Part shown: one piece after another, positions 8,447 through 16,603 of the stretch | Layout of the letters: each line of letters begins with the position of its first letter | Position numbering within the stretch: position 1 is the first letter of the stretch | Assembly (NCBI GenBank): GCA_043806035.1 | Contig: JAZDHK010000042.1 | Location: 1 to 36,360 of the forward strand | From: an archaeon | GTDB lineage: Archaea > Nanobdellota > Nanobdellia > Woesearchaeales > UBA9642 | Length of the DNA: 36,360 nucleotides | Direction of reading: 5' to 3' | The notes under the pieces: generated by a model | Seen by the model: the letters and a program-made list of their open reading frames with translations, nothing else | What the model was told of the DNA's origin: nothing | The model's database searches: none | Position numbers and translations under genes: made by a program

Positions 8447-9790
8447 TCAACGATGCCATCTGCGCAAGAACCTTCTCAGGAAGCTTTTTTTTTGCTTCGG
8501 CCGGATTTTCGTCCTCAGGTGATGCATTTCCTTGCCCAGCTGTACTTTGATATCCTCTGATTTTCCCGTCGCAAGCACCTGTGATGGGTAAATGCTCCTA
8601 TGCCCTGAGACGAGGAAACTCACCACGCAGGCAAGCGCGGCATACGGAGCTACCGCTGGGCCGAATAATTCAACAGACATAATACTTGCTGCGATGGGCG
8701 TGTTTGCTGCGCCGGCGAGCACACTCACTATGCCTATGGCGGCGAATGTCGCAACGTCCACCCTCAACAGCTGGGCGAAGAACACGCCGGCCGTCGCCCC
8801 GATGAAGAATATCGGGGTGACTACTCCTCCGCTTCCTCCGAACGCGAGGGTGATGCTCGTGAATGCCATCTTCAGCAGGAATGCGTACCAGACAATCGTG
8901 TTTCCTTGCAGCGTCCCCTCGATGGTGCTTAATCCTAAGCCAAGAAACTGCGTCGAGAAGATCAGCGTGAGCCCGACGATGATCCCTCCGCCGATGAGCC
9001 CTTTCCATGGACTCCACACTCGTATGTTGTTTGCGGTCTTCTCAATGTACTTGAAGAGTTCGATGAAGAGGAATGCGCATAACCCGAAGAACACGCCCGC
9101 GAGGATGACCTTAACCAGGAACAATTGGCTGAAGACAGGAACAAAACTCAGTGCGTGTGAAAAATAGGTTATGCCGAGCGATGCGGCGACGTGATACCCT
9201 ATTATTCCCGCAATGAATGAGGGAAGCAGAACGTCATACATGATGCTGCCGACGTAGAGCACCTCAACACCAAATATTGCTCCCGCGATGGGCGTCCCGA
9301 AGACAGCAGCAAAGCCTGCGCTGATGCCGCAGATGACGAGCTTTTTCCTGTCATGCCTGTTGAACCTGAGCAGATCAGAGAACGTAGAAGAGAGTCCAGC
9401 CCCTATCTGTGCGCACGGCCCTTCTTTTCCTGCAGAGCCTCCGCTGGCGAGAGTGATGATGGTGGCGATGAGCTTGATGGGGACGACGGCAGCCTTTATC
9501 TTGCCTGCACGCTTGTGCACGGCTTCTATGACTTTCTCCGTGCCGTGCCCTTTGGCGTCAGGAGCAAGGTACTTGATGAGCACTGCGCTCAGGAAGAATG
9601 CTACGGGTATGAGAAAATAATAGTACGGGATGGTATTGACAGAATTGGTGCTGATGTTTAGTGCCTTAAGAAAGAGCGTGGTTGCCGTTCCTACGATGAG
9701 ACCTATGCCTGCGGCGAGGACGCACCACTTGACGATGTTCAGAAAGATGACGGTTACTTCGCTAATCCTTTTATCCGTATGAAAATTCAT
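8447..9790 (-). CDS. ClC chloride channel/antiporter family protein
   Basis: GHGTE, GGSAGKEGP, AGFAAVFGTP, GGVVTPIFFIG; many TM segments. Confidence 0.93.
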   Translation of the reverse strand: MNFHTDKRISEVTVIFLNIVKWCVLAAGIGLIVGTATTLFLKALNISTNSVNTIPYYYFLIPVAFFLSAVLIKYLAPDAKGHGTEKVIEAVHKRAGKIKAAVVPIKLIATIITLASGGSAGKEGPCAQIGAGLSSTFSDLLRFNRHDRKKLVICGISAGFAAVFGTPIAGAIFGVEVLYVGSIMYDVLLPSFIAGIIGYHVAASLGITYFSHALSFVPVFSQLFLVKVILAGVFFGLCAFLFIELFKYIEKTANNIRVWSPWKGLIGGGIIVGLTLIFSTQFLGLGLSTIEGTLQGNTIVWYAFLLKMAFTSITLAFGGSGGVVTPIFFIGATAGVFFAQLLRVDVATFAAIGIVSVLAGAANTPIAASIMSVELFGPAVAPYAALACVVSFLVSGHRSIYPSQVLATGKSEDIKVQLGKEMHHLRTKIRPKQKKSFLRRFLRRWHR

Positions 9791-9837
9791 TTTCTATGGG
9801 GCGAACCAGACCAGGTAATATAAATGTATTTGGTTTA

Positions 9838-9975
9838 CTGGCTTCATCCTGAGAGTCTCGTGCATCCCCTTGCGAACAATCAACAAACAATTCTATTGCG
9901 TGAAGACTCGTATGCGTGCATCTGTTTACAATGCTATGCGGAGCGGGATGCGAAAGAGATTCAGAATGAAGCCAG
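9838..9975. repeat. 138-bp element with ~31-bp imperfect terminal inverted repeats
   Basis: CTGGCTTCATcCTGA...GCATCCC / GGGATGC...TCAGaATGAAGCCAG (24/31 paired by eye). Confidence 0.65.
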
Positions 9976-9994
9976 CTCTGCGGTATGTGCCGCA

Positions 9995-11248
9995 TCAAGG
10001 GTAGATGCCTCTGAGCTCTGTGGTCTTTGCAACTCTGCTTATGGCGATCATGTACGCTGCCGTCCTCATATCCGTGTGCTCTTTCTTGGCAAGCTCCCTG
10101 ACTGCATGATAGGCAGGCACGAGCTTGTGCTTCAACTTCTGATTTACTTCTTCATGGCTCCAGGACTCGCGCTGCTGGTTCTGTACCCATTCAAAATAAC
10201 TGACAATGACGCCGCCTGCGTTGGCCAGGATGTCTGGAATGACGAGCATGCCTTTCTTGTAAAAGATTTCGTTCGCGGCAGGCGTTGTGGGACCGTTTGC
10301 TCCTTCGGCGATGATTCTTGCGCTAATGCGTTCTGCGTTGCTTTGCGTGAGCTGGTTCTCTAATGCTGCAGGGACGAGAATATCGCACGGCATCTCCAGG
10401 ATTCTTTCTTTTGGCAGGATTTCTTCTGCGGGAAATCCCTTGAGCGTTTTTTTCTCGGTAACGTGCTGCAGCAGTTTTGGCATGTCCAATCCGTTTTTGT
10501 CGTAGAGTGCCGTGTTGATGTCGCTGACCCCGATGATGGTTATGCCTTGCTCTGCCAAAAGCCTGGCTGCGTGGCTACCCACGTTGCCGAAACCTTGGAC
10601 GATGCACGTCAGTTTTTGAGGTTGCAGGCCAAGGTCCTTGATGGCTTCCATGGTGCAGAGCATGACTCCCCTTCCTGTCGCCTCTTCCCTGCCGAGGCTG
10701 CCACCTAAGTCTATCGGTTTTCCGGTGACGACTGCTTTCGAGACGCCTCCGGGTTTCTGCATCATGTACGTGTCTGCCATCCATGCCATGGTCTGAGCAT
10801 TGGTGTTGACGTCAGGAGCGGGAATGTCGATGTCGGGCCCTATGTTGTCGATGAGCGCGTACGTGAATCGTCTCGTGAGTCGTTCCAGCTCTGCCTTGCT
10901 GAGCTTTGTGGGATTGCACGTTACTCCTCCCTTCGCTCCTCCGAAGGGAATATCCACAACTGCCGTCTTCCAGGTCATCCAGCTTGCCAGGGCTTTGACT
11001 TCGTCGAGGTCTACTTGCGGGGCAAACCGGATTCCTCCTTTGTACGGGCCTCGGACGTTGTTGTGCTGCACTCTGTATCCTTCGAATTTCTGCACCGTTC
11101 CATCATCCATTTTGACGGGGAAGGGGACGGTGATTTCCTTGTCTGGTTCTTTCAGGTAGGCACGCATCCAGGGCTGCAGTTTCAGCCTGTCGGCGGCCCT
11201 GTCGAAGTAGTGCTGTGCTATCTTAAAGGGGTTGAGTGTTTCTGCCAT
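9995..11248 (-). CDS. gdhA: Glu/Leu/Phe/Val dehydrogenase (glutamate dehydrogenase)
   Basis: GPYKGGIR, GGAKGG, DIPAPD, QGFGNVG, EGANGP, NAGGVIVSYFEW; GGTGA SD before ATG 11248. Confidence 0.95.
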   Translation of the reverse strand: MAETLNPFKIAQHYFDRAADRLKLQPWMRAYLKEPDKEITVPFPVKMDDGTVQKFEGYRVQHNNVRGPYKGGIRFAPQVDLDEVKALASWMTWKTAVVDIPFGGAKGGVTCNPTKLSKAELERLTRRFTYALIDNIGPDIDIPAPDVNTNAQTMAWMADTYMMQKPGGVSKAVVTGKPIDLGGSLGREEATGRGVMLCTMEAIKDLGLQPQKLTCIVQGFGNVGSHAARLLAEQGITIIGVSDINTALYDKNGLDMPKLLQHVTEKKTLKGFPAEEILPKERILEMPCDILVPAALENQLTQSNAERISARIIAEGANGPTTPAANEIFYKKGMLVIPDILANAGGVIVSYFEWVQNQQRESWSHEEVNQKLKHKLVPAYHAVRELAKKEHTDMRTAAYMIAISRVAKTTELRGIYP

Positions 11249-11380
11249 TGCTTTCACCTGTTGCTCTGGTGTGGTTTTCTGTATTTAAACCTTAGTATAA
11301 GATATTGTAAGAATGACACTATTTGTCATCGTATCGCACATATATTCTTCGCGTGCACAATACTATCTATTGGCAAAACC

Positions 11381-11431
11381 TATTGATTTCACTGTTTTGT
11401 TGACGATGCTAACAAATATTTAAATGATGCT
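11381..11431 (-). repeat. Cassette-end motif copy 3
   Basis: TATTGAtttcactgttttgttGACGATG-ctaacaaa-TATTTAAATGATGCT, similar over ~50 bp to 12560-12610. Confidence 0.85.
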
Positions 11432-11451
11432 CTTCTCCAATATAACGCTGT

Positions 11452-12327
11452 TCATTTCGTCTGTTGCAAGGATCGCTTCACGATGTAGGTGACGAAGATA
11501 TGCTCTTGATGCCGTGTCTGGCTGCGCTCAAGGGCGGTGTAGTAGGCGTTCCTGTTCGTGTATTCTATGTTCAGCATCGGATAGCCCTGGCTGTGGAGAG
11601 TGTGATTCATGAGCAGCCGTGATATTCTTCCGTTGCCGTCGCTGAACGGGTGGATGCTGACGAATTTGAGGTGGACGAGGGCTGCCAGGATGACGGGATT
11701 GAGTTTTTTAAAGTTCTTGTTGTACCAGATGAAGAATTCATCGAGGAGCGTGTTCAGCTCTGCAGGGAGAGGCAGTTCAGTCTTGCTTCGCGCTATCGCT
11801 ACTGCATGCTTTCTAATGATTCCTGCTATTTCGGGATCCGCGTCCTTGAAGAGTTCCCTATGCCAGTGTAGCACGACGTTCAGGTTCAGCCTCTTGTTGT
11901 AGGCGAGCATGTCATAGAACATTTTTTTGTGCGCCTCCGCCTCCTTGACATCCTTTATTTTCTTGTTCGCAGGAGTGATCTGCTCTTGCAAGAGGTCTGC
12001 GGTCTCCTTGAGCGTCAGCGTCCCTCCCTCTATCCTGTTCGTGTTGTACGTGAATCGTATCATGAACGACTCAAGGTATTTCTCCTTGTACGAGTCAGGG
12101 TAGCTTGCGAAGTCTTTCTCGAATTTCACTTTTCTTTTAAGCAGTTCCTCTCCATAGGTCTCTTCAAGAAGCTCGTAGACGAAATGCTCTTTCAGTTCCT
12201 CAACGTTTTTCGGAATGCTGTCTCCCAGGTATTTTCTTCTGTTCTGGAATCCCTCCTTTGTGCGCAGTGTGTGTTCTAGGTAATAGTATTTCTTTTTTCC
12301 CTGCTGGAGCGTCCTGAGTCTTGCCAT
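11452..12327 (-). CDS. Fic-domain protein with N-terminal inhibitory helix (class II-like)
   Basis: HPFSDGNGRISR active-site motif; TNRIEG (S/T-x3-E-G/N) upstream; start moved to MARLRT by TATA spacing. Confidence 0.92.
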   Translation of the reverse strand: MARLRTLQQGKKKYYYLEHTLRTKEGFQNRRKYLGDSIPKNVEELKEHFVYELLEETYGEELLKRKVKFEKDFASYPDSYKEKYLESFMIRFTYNTNRIEGGTLTLKETADLLQEQITPANKKIKDVKEAEAHKKMFYDMLAYNKRLNLNVVLHWHRELFKDADPEIAGIIRKHAVAIARSKTELPLPAELNTLLDEFFIWYNKNFKKLNPVILAALVHLKFVSIHPFSDGNGRISRLLMNHTLHSQGYPMLNIEYTNRNAYYTALERSQTRHQEHIFVTYIVKRSLQQTK

Positions 12328-12507
12328 GCTTTGAGTATACGTCACAAATATATAAATATTGTCATTTTAGCTGATATGTGACGTATATTGGCCCTGCGGG
12401 GTTTACCCTCTACATTGCGAAAATAATTTGTAGAGGATAAGACGTGATGTTCAGCGACGGTGCTAATTTGCATCTGTTGTATTGGTACACTTGTATAGAG
12501 AAAAAGG

Positions 12508-12610
12508 CGCCGTGGCCCTAGCCAAGATAATGTTCGCGATGCCGACACTCGACCACGTCTATTGAAATCATTGTTTTATCGACGGTGCAATAGATTATTT
12601 AAATGATGCT
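12508..12610 (-). repeat. Extended cassette end copy 4: exact 11-bp tRNA-Ser(GGA) 3' end, spacer and motif
   Basis: CGCCGTGGCCC (12508-12518) is identical to 15814-15824; motif at 12581-12610. Confidence 0.8.
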
Positions 12611-12645
12611 ATTCCTGTGGTTTAAGATGCGTAATTGCGTATTGA

Positions 12646-13368
12646 TCAAGACGCGATAGACCATAATATGTTGAAAATCTCGCGTTGTTGCTTGACCACA
12701 TCCTCATTTTTGACGATGATGCCGACGAGGTTTTCTCCTGATGTCATGAACGCGACCTTATCGCCGTACATGAAAACGTTGGTTGTCATGTTATTTAATT
12801 TCTTCAAGAATTTCAGCGAAGACAGTGCGTATATTTTTTTGTCATTGTAAGCCGGATCTCCTCTGTCTTCTTCTGCTAGGACTGCCCTTAATGGAATTCC
12901 GTGTTCTGCTCGTTTCTGGATAAAGTTCTCTGGATAGTGTTGCAGTGCATGGAGCGCTTTTTTTCTCGATCCGTAGAACCAGAGTTCTTTTTTCTCGTCT
13001 ATGATGTCATTGAGTACAGTTATGACTCCTTTTTTTCCTTCAAAGAATGTTACGCCTGTCGTCTCCCTGACGGTTCCTTTCAAAGTCTGTAACTCTGGAA
13101 TAATTTTCTTTATGCGTTCTCGCCTGTCCTCAAGGAGTCTGATAATCTTCTGCGGATCCGCGGCGATGTAGAAATTTACTTTTCCTTTCATGACTGTTGA
13201 TACTATTCCTTTATTCATTAGTAGTGCAAGGTTATCGTATGTTGTCGTTCGCTTGATGCCTGTTATTTTCGCTGTTCTATTAGCTGTTGAGCTGCCCGTT
13301 TTGAGCAAGGTTGTGTAGATACTAATTTCTGTGTCAGAAAGCCCGAAATCCTTTAGCTCGTCATACAT
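12646..13368 (-). CDS. TrmB-family transcriptional regulator
   Basis: LKDFGLSDTEISIYTTLLKTG...TTYDNLALLMNKGIV; FEGKKGV; MYGDKVAF. Confidence 0.9.
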   Translation of the reverse strand: MYDELKDFGLSDTEISIYTTLLKTGSSTANRTAKITGIKRTTTYDNLALLMNKGIVSTVMKGKVNFYIAADPQKIIRLLEDRRERIKKIIPELQTLKGTVRETTGVTFFEGKKGVITVLNDIIDEKKELWFYGSRKKALHALQHYPENFIQKRAEHGIPLRAVLAEEDRGDPAYNDKKIYALSSLKFLKKLNNMTTNVFMYGDKVAFMTSGENLVGIIVKNEDVVKQQREIFNILWSIAS

Positions 13369-13464
13369 GTTCTGGTTTCATCTTCTTTCGTATTTAAATT
13401 TTATCATTAAGTCGTCGCTTGCCGACAACTAAAATTGATATAGGTAAACTGACACTACTAATGC

Positions 13465-14262
13465 ATGGTAAAAATAAATGAGGTTGCGGAATTTGACGGG
13501 ATCAGGGCAGAAATGTATGAACAGGCAATAAGCAAGTTTCCTGATGCGAGAACCATGGATATCGAGGCAATGAGCAGATTGCTTGATCCACGATCTGGAG
13601 AGAAAATACTGGGATTTGGAGAAGGAAATGGCTATTTCTGCACGGCCATAGCGCAAGCAGTGGGTGAACAGGGGCATTATCTTGTCACGGACCCATCTGA
13701 GGATCAATTGAATAATCTTAAAAAGAATTGTCAAGCGCATCAGGTAGAGGTTCAAGCTAATGGTGTTGAAAATCTGATCGTGCAAAATAACTATTTTGAC
13801 AAAGCATGGAGCTTTGGAGCATATCACCATTGCCCTGAGCAAATAGAAGGCATGAAAAGAGTGTACGATTCATTAAAGTCAGGTGGGACGTTGGTTCTCT
13901 GCGACGTATTCCAAGGAAGCGAGCTTGCACGGCACTTTGACGAGACGGTTGCTAGATACTGCATTACAGGTCATGAAGTAAAATTTCTATCGAATGAGTT
14001 CGCACGAACATTGTGTCATCTAGCAGGATTTGCCGATGATAAAGTCGAGCTGATTTCATTGCCGCAGAAATGGAGATTTGACTCAAAAAAAGACTTAGGA
14101 GAGTTCATCTACAAGTTGCATGCAATGACCTTATATGATGGACATGAAGAGGAGAAAATAAATCGAACAATCGAGTCATGTGAACGTTTGCTCGGCGTCA
14201 GTTACAAAAATGGAAAATACGAATTGAACTGGCCAATGCAAGCAATCATAGCGACAAAATGA
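13465..14262 (+). CDS. Class I SAM-dependent methyltransferase
   Basis: GEKILGFGEGNG, DPSEDQL, FDKAWSFGAYHH, LKSGGTLVLCD. Confidence 0.85.
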   Translation: MVKINEVAEFDGIRAEMYEQAISKFPDARTMDIEAMSRLLDPRSGEKILGFGEGNGYFCTAIAQAVGEQGHYLVTDPSEDQLNNLKKNCQAHQVEVQANGVENLIVQNNYFDKAWSFGAYHHCPEQIEGMKRVYDSLKSGGTLVLCDVFQGSELARHFDETVARYCITGHEVKFLSNEFARTLCHLAGFADDKVELISLPQKWRFDSKKDLGEFIYKLHAMTLYDGHEEEKINRTIESCERLLGVSYKNGKYELNWPMQAIIATK

Positions 14263-14408
14263 TTGCTTCGTCAGTATATAAATAGAACTAGGTCCTAGTT
14301 AGGGCCTGTATCGCTCGAATTCGAGAGTTTCAAGCTTTTTAAGGTCCTGTAGACTCAGGAGAGATTATTTCTTGCAAAATGATTTTAGCAGGACCTGGAG
14401 GAAAATTG

Positions 14409-15092
14409 TTACGGGTTGCTTAGCGAAAGAACAGCTCGTACATGTTTCTCAAAAGTGGTTTTATTGACGCTGCCGTACACGCCTTGCAGGTCATTCCTGA
14501 ATGAGGGGCTAGTCACTTTCTTCTTGATGAGCTCGAAGCGTTTCTTGAAGTCAGTCCTCGCGTGCACCTCTTGTTTGATCCACGCTGTGTTCTTGGCGCT
14601 CGGCAGGAGCATGAACACGTCCCTGATGTCGGTGCTTCGTGCGCTCACGAATTTCATGACGATGAGCGCGTCGAGATTGATGATGTGTAGGGTCACGTCA
14701 TCGTAGATGGTCTTTCCTTTGAGCTTTCGCTTGGAGGCGTGGTCGAAGATCCACTCTGCTGTGAAGGACGAGCCCGATTGTCGGTCGTGCACGCTTCCTG
14801 TCAGAAGATCCATGCTGACCTTGAAGTTATTCTGGAGTGTTTTCTCGAAGCGAGAGAACGTTCCACCGTATGAGGCACGTGCTTGCGTGTCTACTTGGTC
14901 GTATCCTTCGTCTTTCATCATCTTCGCGATGTGAGCCGTCGCTTTTTGGTCAAGGACGACGATGTCGCAGTCGACGCTGAATCTGGGCAGCGTGTACGTG
15001 TTGACAGCGTAGCCGCCGATGAGAACAAAAGACGCGTTCTCCAGCTTTTTTAGTGTCTCGAAGATGGCTTTTTCCCTAAGCTGCAAGTCCAT
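14409..15092 (-). CDS. Nucleotidyltransferase, AbiEii/type IV toxin-like
   Basis: FVLIGGYAV...RFSVDCDIV; LIVMK...RSTDIRD. Confidence 0.8.
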   Translation of the reverse strand: MDLQLREKAIFETLKKLENASFVLIGGYAVNTYTLPRFSVDCDIVVLDQKATAHIAKMMKDEGYDQVDTQARASYGGTFSRFEKTLQNNFKVSMDLLTGSVHDRQSGSSFTAEWIFDHASKRKLKGKTIYDDVTLHIINLDALIVMKFVSARSTDIRDVFMLLPSAKNTAWIKQEVHARTDFKKRFELIKKKVTSPSFRNDLQGVYGSVNKTTFEKHVRAVLSLSNP

Positions 15093-15675
15093 ATTTTTTC
15101 CTCATATATTCGTATGCGTAGCTGTACAGCTCGTTGTCCCTCGCAATCTGCACGGTGTCTGCCAACGGTTCGACGTGCAATCCTTCCTTTTGTGTCGGTT
15201 TCATCGCAGTCACCGGAATCAAAATGACGTATTCTCCTATAGTGGAGCCCGTCTTCATATAGTTTGGGATGTTTTTTCCGTTAAAAAATGACTTCCAATA
15301 ATTGACATCTTTCTTCAACACCTTGATGAAGTACGGCGACCGTTCCCGGCTCCTTTGCACATACGAGTAGTCTGACCATATTTCGACAGCGGATAATCCT
15401 GTAAAACAATACGGTCTGGTGGTCTCTTTTATTATGTCAGGGACTTTGAAATCCAACAAACTGTGCATGATTTTATCAGGTTTGTTGCAGGCGTACGTCG
15501 TCCTCGACTTTTTTGCAATCCACTGTGACCTGACCAAATGCGCAAATATCTTCTTCTTCATGCTCGAACCCACAATCCAGTCTAATACTGATTGGCTGAA
15601 CAATTCTTGCGTACCATATTTCGAGAACAACATAGCGTACGCCCTCAAGCAGTAGGCGGGTATTTCGGCAGTCAT
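15076..15675 (-). CDS. AbiEi-like putative antitoxin/regulator
   Basis: wHTH-like N-terminus, YCFTGLSAVEIW; overlaps the nucleotidyltransferase gene; GTTAC-N7-GTAAC palindrome just upstream. Confidence 0.6.
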   Translation of the reverse strand: MTAEIPAYCLRAYAMLFSKYGTQELFSQSVLDWIVGSSMKKKIFAHLVRSQWIAKKSRTTYACNKPDKIMHSLLDFKVPDIIKETTRPYCFTGLSAVEIWSDYSYVQRSRERSPYFIKVLKKDVNYWKSFFNGKNIPNYMKTGSTIGEYVILIPVTAMKPTQKEGLHVEPLADTVQIARDNELYSYAYEYMRKKYGLAA

Positions 15676-15790
15676 AGTTACCTATTAAGTAACTTATATT
15701 TAAATAGTTATCGAAAAATAGGGCAAACAAGGACTGCCAACTATCAATTCGTTAGATATTGGTAGATTCTAATATGTGGTCTAAGAAGAG

Positions 15791-15813
15791 ACGGCGTCGC
15801 ATAGAGAGTATAA
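15791..15813. repeat. Conserved tRNA-Ser 3' flank (att-like), copy B
   Basis: 19/23 identical to 3237-3259; ACGGCGT (15791) and ACGCCGT (15813) form an inverted repeat. Confidence 0.8.
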
Positions 15814-15938
15814 CGCCGTGGCCCGGATTTGAACCGGGAAACCCTTGCGGGAACAAGCTCTCCTGATATTCTGGACATTCCAGGCTTACGCTCAAAGTAT
15901 TTTTTGATTTGCGCAGTACCAGGTTGTGCCACCACGGC
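15814..15938 (-). tRNA. tRNA-Ser(GGA) with two introns (23 nt at ~29/30, 15886-15908; 18 nt in anticodon loop, ~15860-15877)
   Basis: GCCGTGG/CCACGGC acceptor stem, GTTCAAATC T-loop, long variable arm; CAAGC-CT-GGA-RA-GCTTG arm forms only after removing both inserts. Confidence 0.85.
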
Positions 15939-15991
15939 ATGCAGGGTAGGTTTTTAGCAATATTTATAAACGTTTCCGCTCTCCTGGGAAC

Positions 15992-16183
15992 ATGGGCAGA
16001 ATTAAGACACAGCTGATCAAGAGAACATCGAAAGAGATCGTGCAGAAGAACAAGAACAGCCTCACCGGTGACTACGCGCAGAACCGAGCGAAGATCAGCA
16101 GCATGGCCACGATACGCAGTAAGAAATTGAAGAACGTCATCTCGGGATATGTCACGAGATTGATGAAAGCAGACAAGCAGTGA
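15992..16183 (+). CDS. rps17e: 30S ribosomal protein S17e
   Basis: MGRIKTQLIKR...SKKLKNVISGYVTR. Confidence 0.95.
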   Translation: MGRIKTQLIKRTSKEIVQKNKNSLTGDYAQNRAKISSMATIRSKKLKNVISGYVTRLMKADKQ

Positions 16184-16206
16184 ACACTGTACGGGGGTGC
16201 GGTGCC

Positions 16207-16488
16207 ATGGACCAGGACAACGCCATATTTATCGGCCCAAAGCCATTCATGAACTATGTAACTTCTGTGGTTATGCAGTTCACGACGAAAGACGCCGAAG
16301 AAGTGCTCGTCAAGGCGAGAGGGAAGTTCATTTCTCGAGCCGTAGACATTGTTGAAGTGGCAACGAAGCGTTTCTTGAAGGACAAGATAAAAGTCAAGAA
16401 CATCATCATCGACAGCGAGGAATTCCGCAATTCTGAAGGGAAAGATGTCAGAGTCTCGACGATAGAGCTCGTGCTCGTGCGGGCATAG
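16207..16488 (+). CDS. albA: DNA/RNA-binding protein Alba
   Basis: IFIGPKPFMNYV, KARGKFISRAVD, VSTIELVL. Confidence 0.95.
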   Translation: MDQDNAIFIGPKPFMNYVTSVVMQFTTKDAEEVLVKARGKFISRAVDIVEVATKRFLKDKIKVKNIIIDSEEFRNSEGKDVRVSTIELVLVRA

Positions 16489-16528
16489 TAATAACCTTTT
16501 TATAGTGCTGTTTTATTCCCTGCTGTAC

Positions 16529-16603
16529 GGGCGCGTAGCTTAGTTTGGATAGAGCAACCGGCTTCGGACCGGTAGATCGGGGGTTCAAATCCTCCCGCGC
16601 TCA
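16529..16603 (+). tRNA. tRNA-Arg(TCG), no intron
   Basis: GGGCGCG/CGCGCTC acceptor stem, ACCGG-CTTCGGA-CCGGT anticodon arm, GTTCAAATC T-loop. Confidence 0.95.

Larger units (their letters stand above)
12508..15824. mobile_element. Putative integrase-less islet at the 3' end of tRNA-Ser(GGA) (TrmB, methyltransferase, AbiE-like TA)
   Basis: Flanked by an 11-bp direct repeat of the tRNA 3' end; both ends resemble those of the 1411-3270 islet. Confidence 0.65.

Noticed and set aside
9791-9994. Fluoride riboswitch upstream of the ClC gene
   Set aside because: No crcB consensus seen, the TATA box lies only ~27 nt before the ATG, and the protein has GKEGP rather than the CLC-F GREGT motif.
13411-13438. 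Similarity of GTCGTC...CCGACAACTAAAATTGA to positions 9-39
   Set aside because: Short, needs a gap, only two instances; may be chance or a TrmB-type operator, not supportable here.
14281-14400. Classical integron attC sites among intergenic hairpins (AACTAGG-T-CCTAGTT, AGGTCCTG...CAGGACCT)
   Set aside because: No RYYYAAC/GTTRRRY boundaries recognised and no IntI; may be terminators between convergent genes.
16529-16603. Integration at tRNA-Arg(TCG) because the neighbouring gene's stop overlaps its 3' end
   Set aside because: No displaced copy of the tRNA 3' end found in the window.
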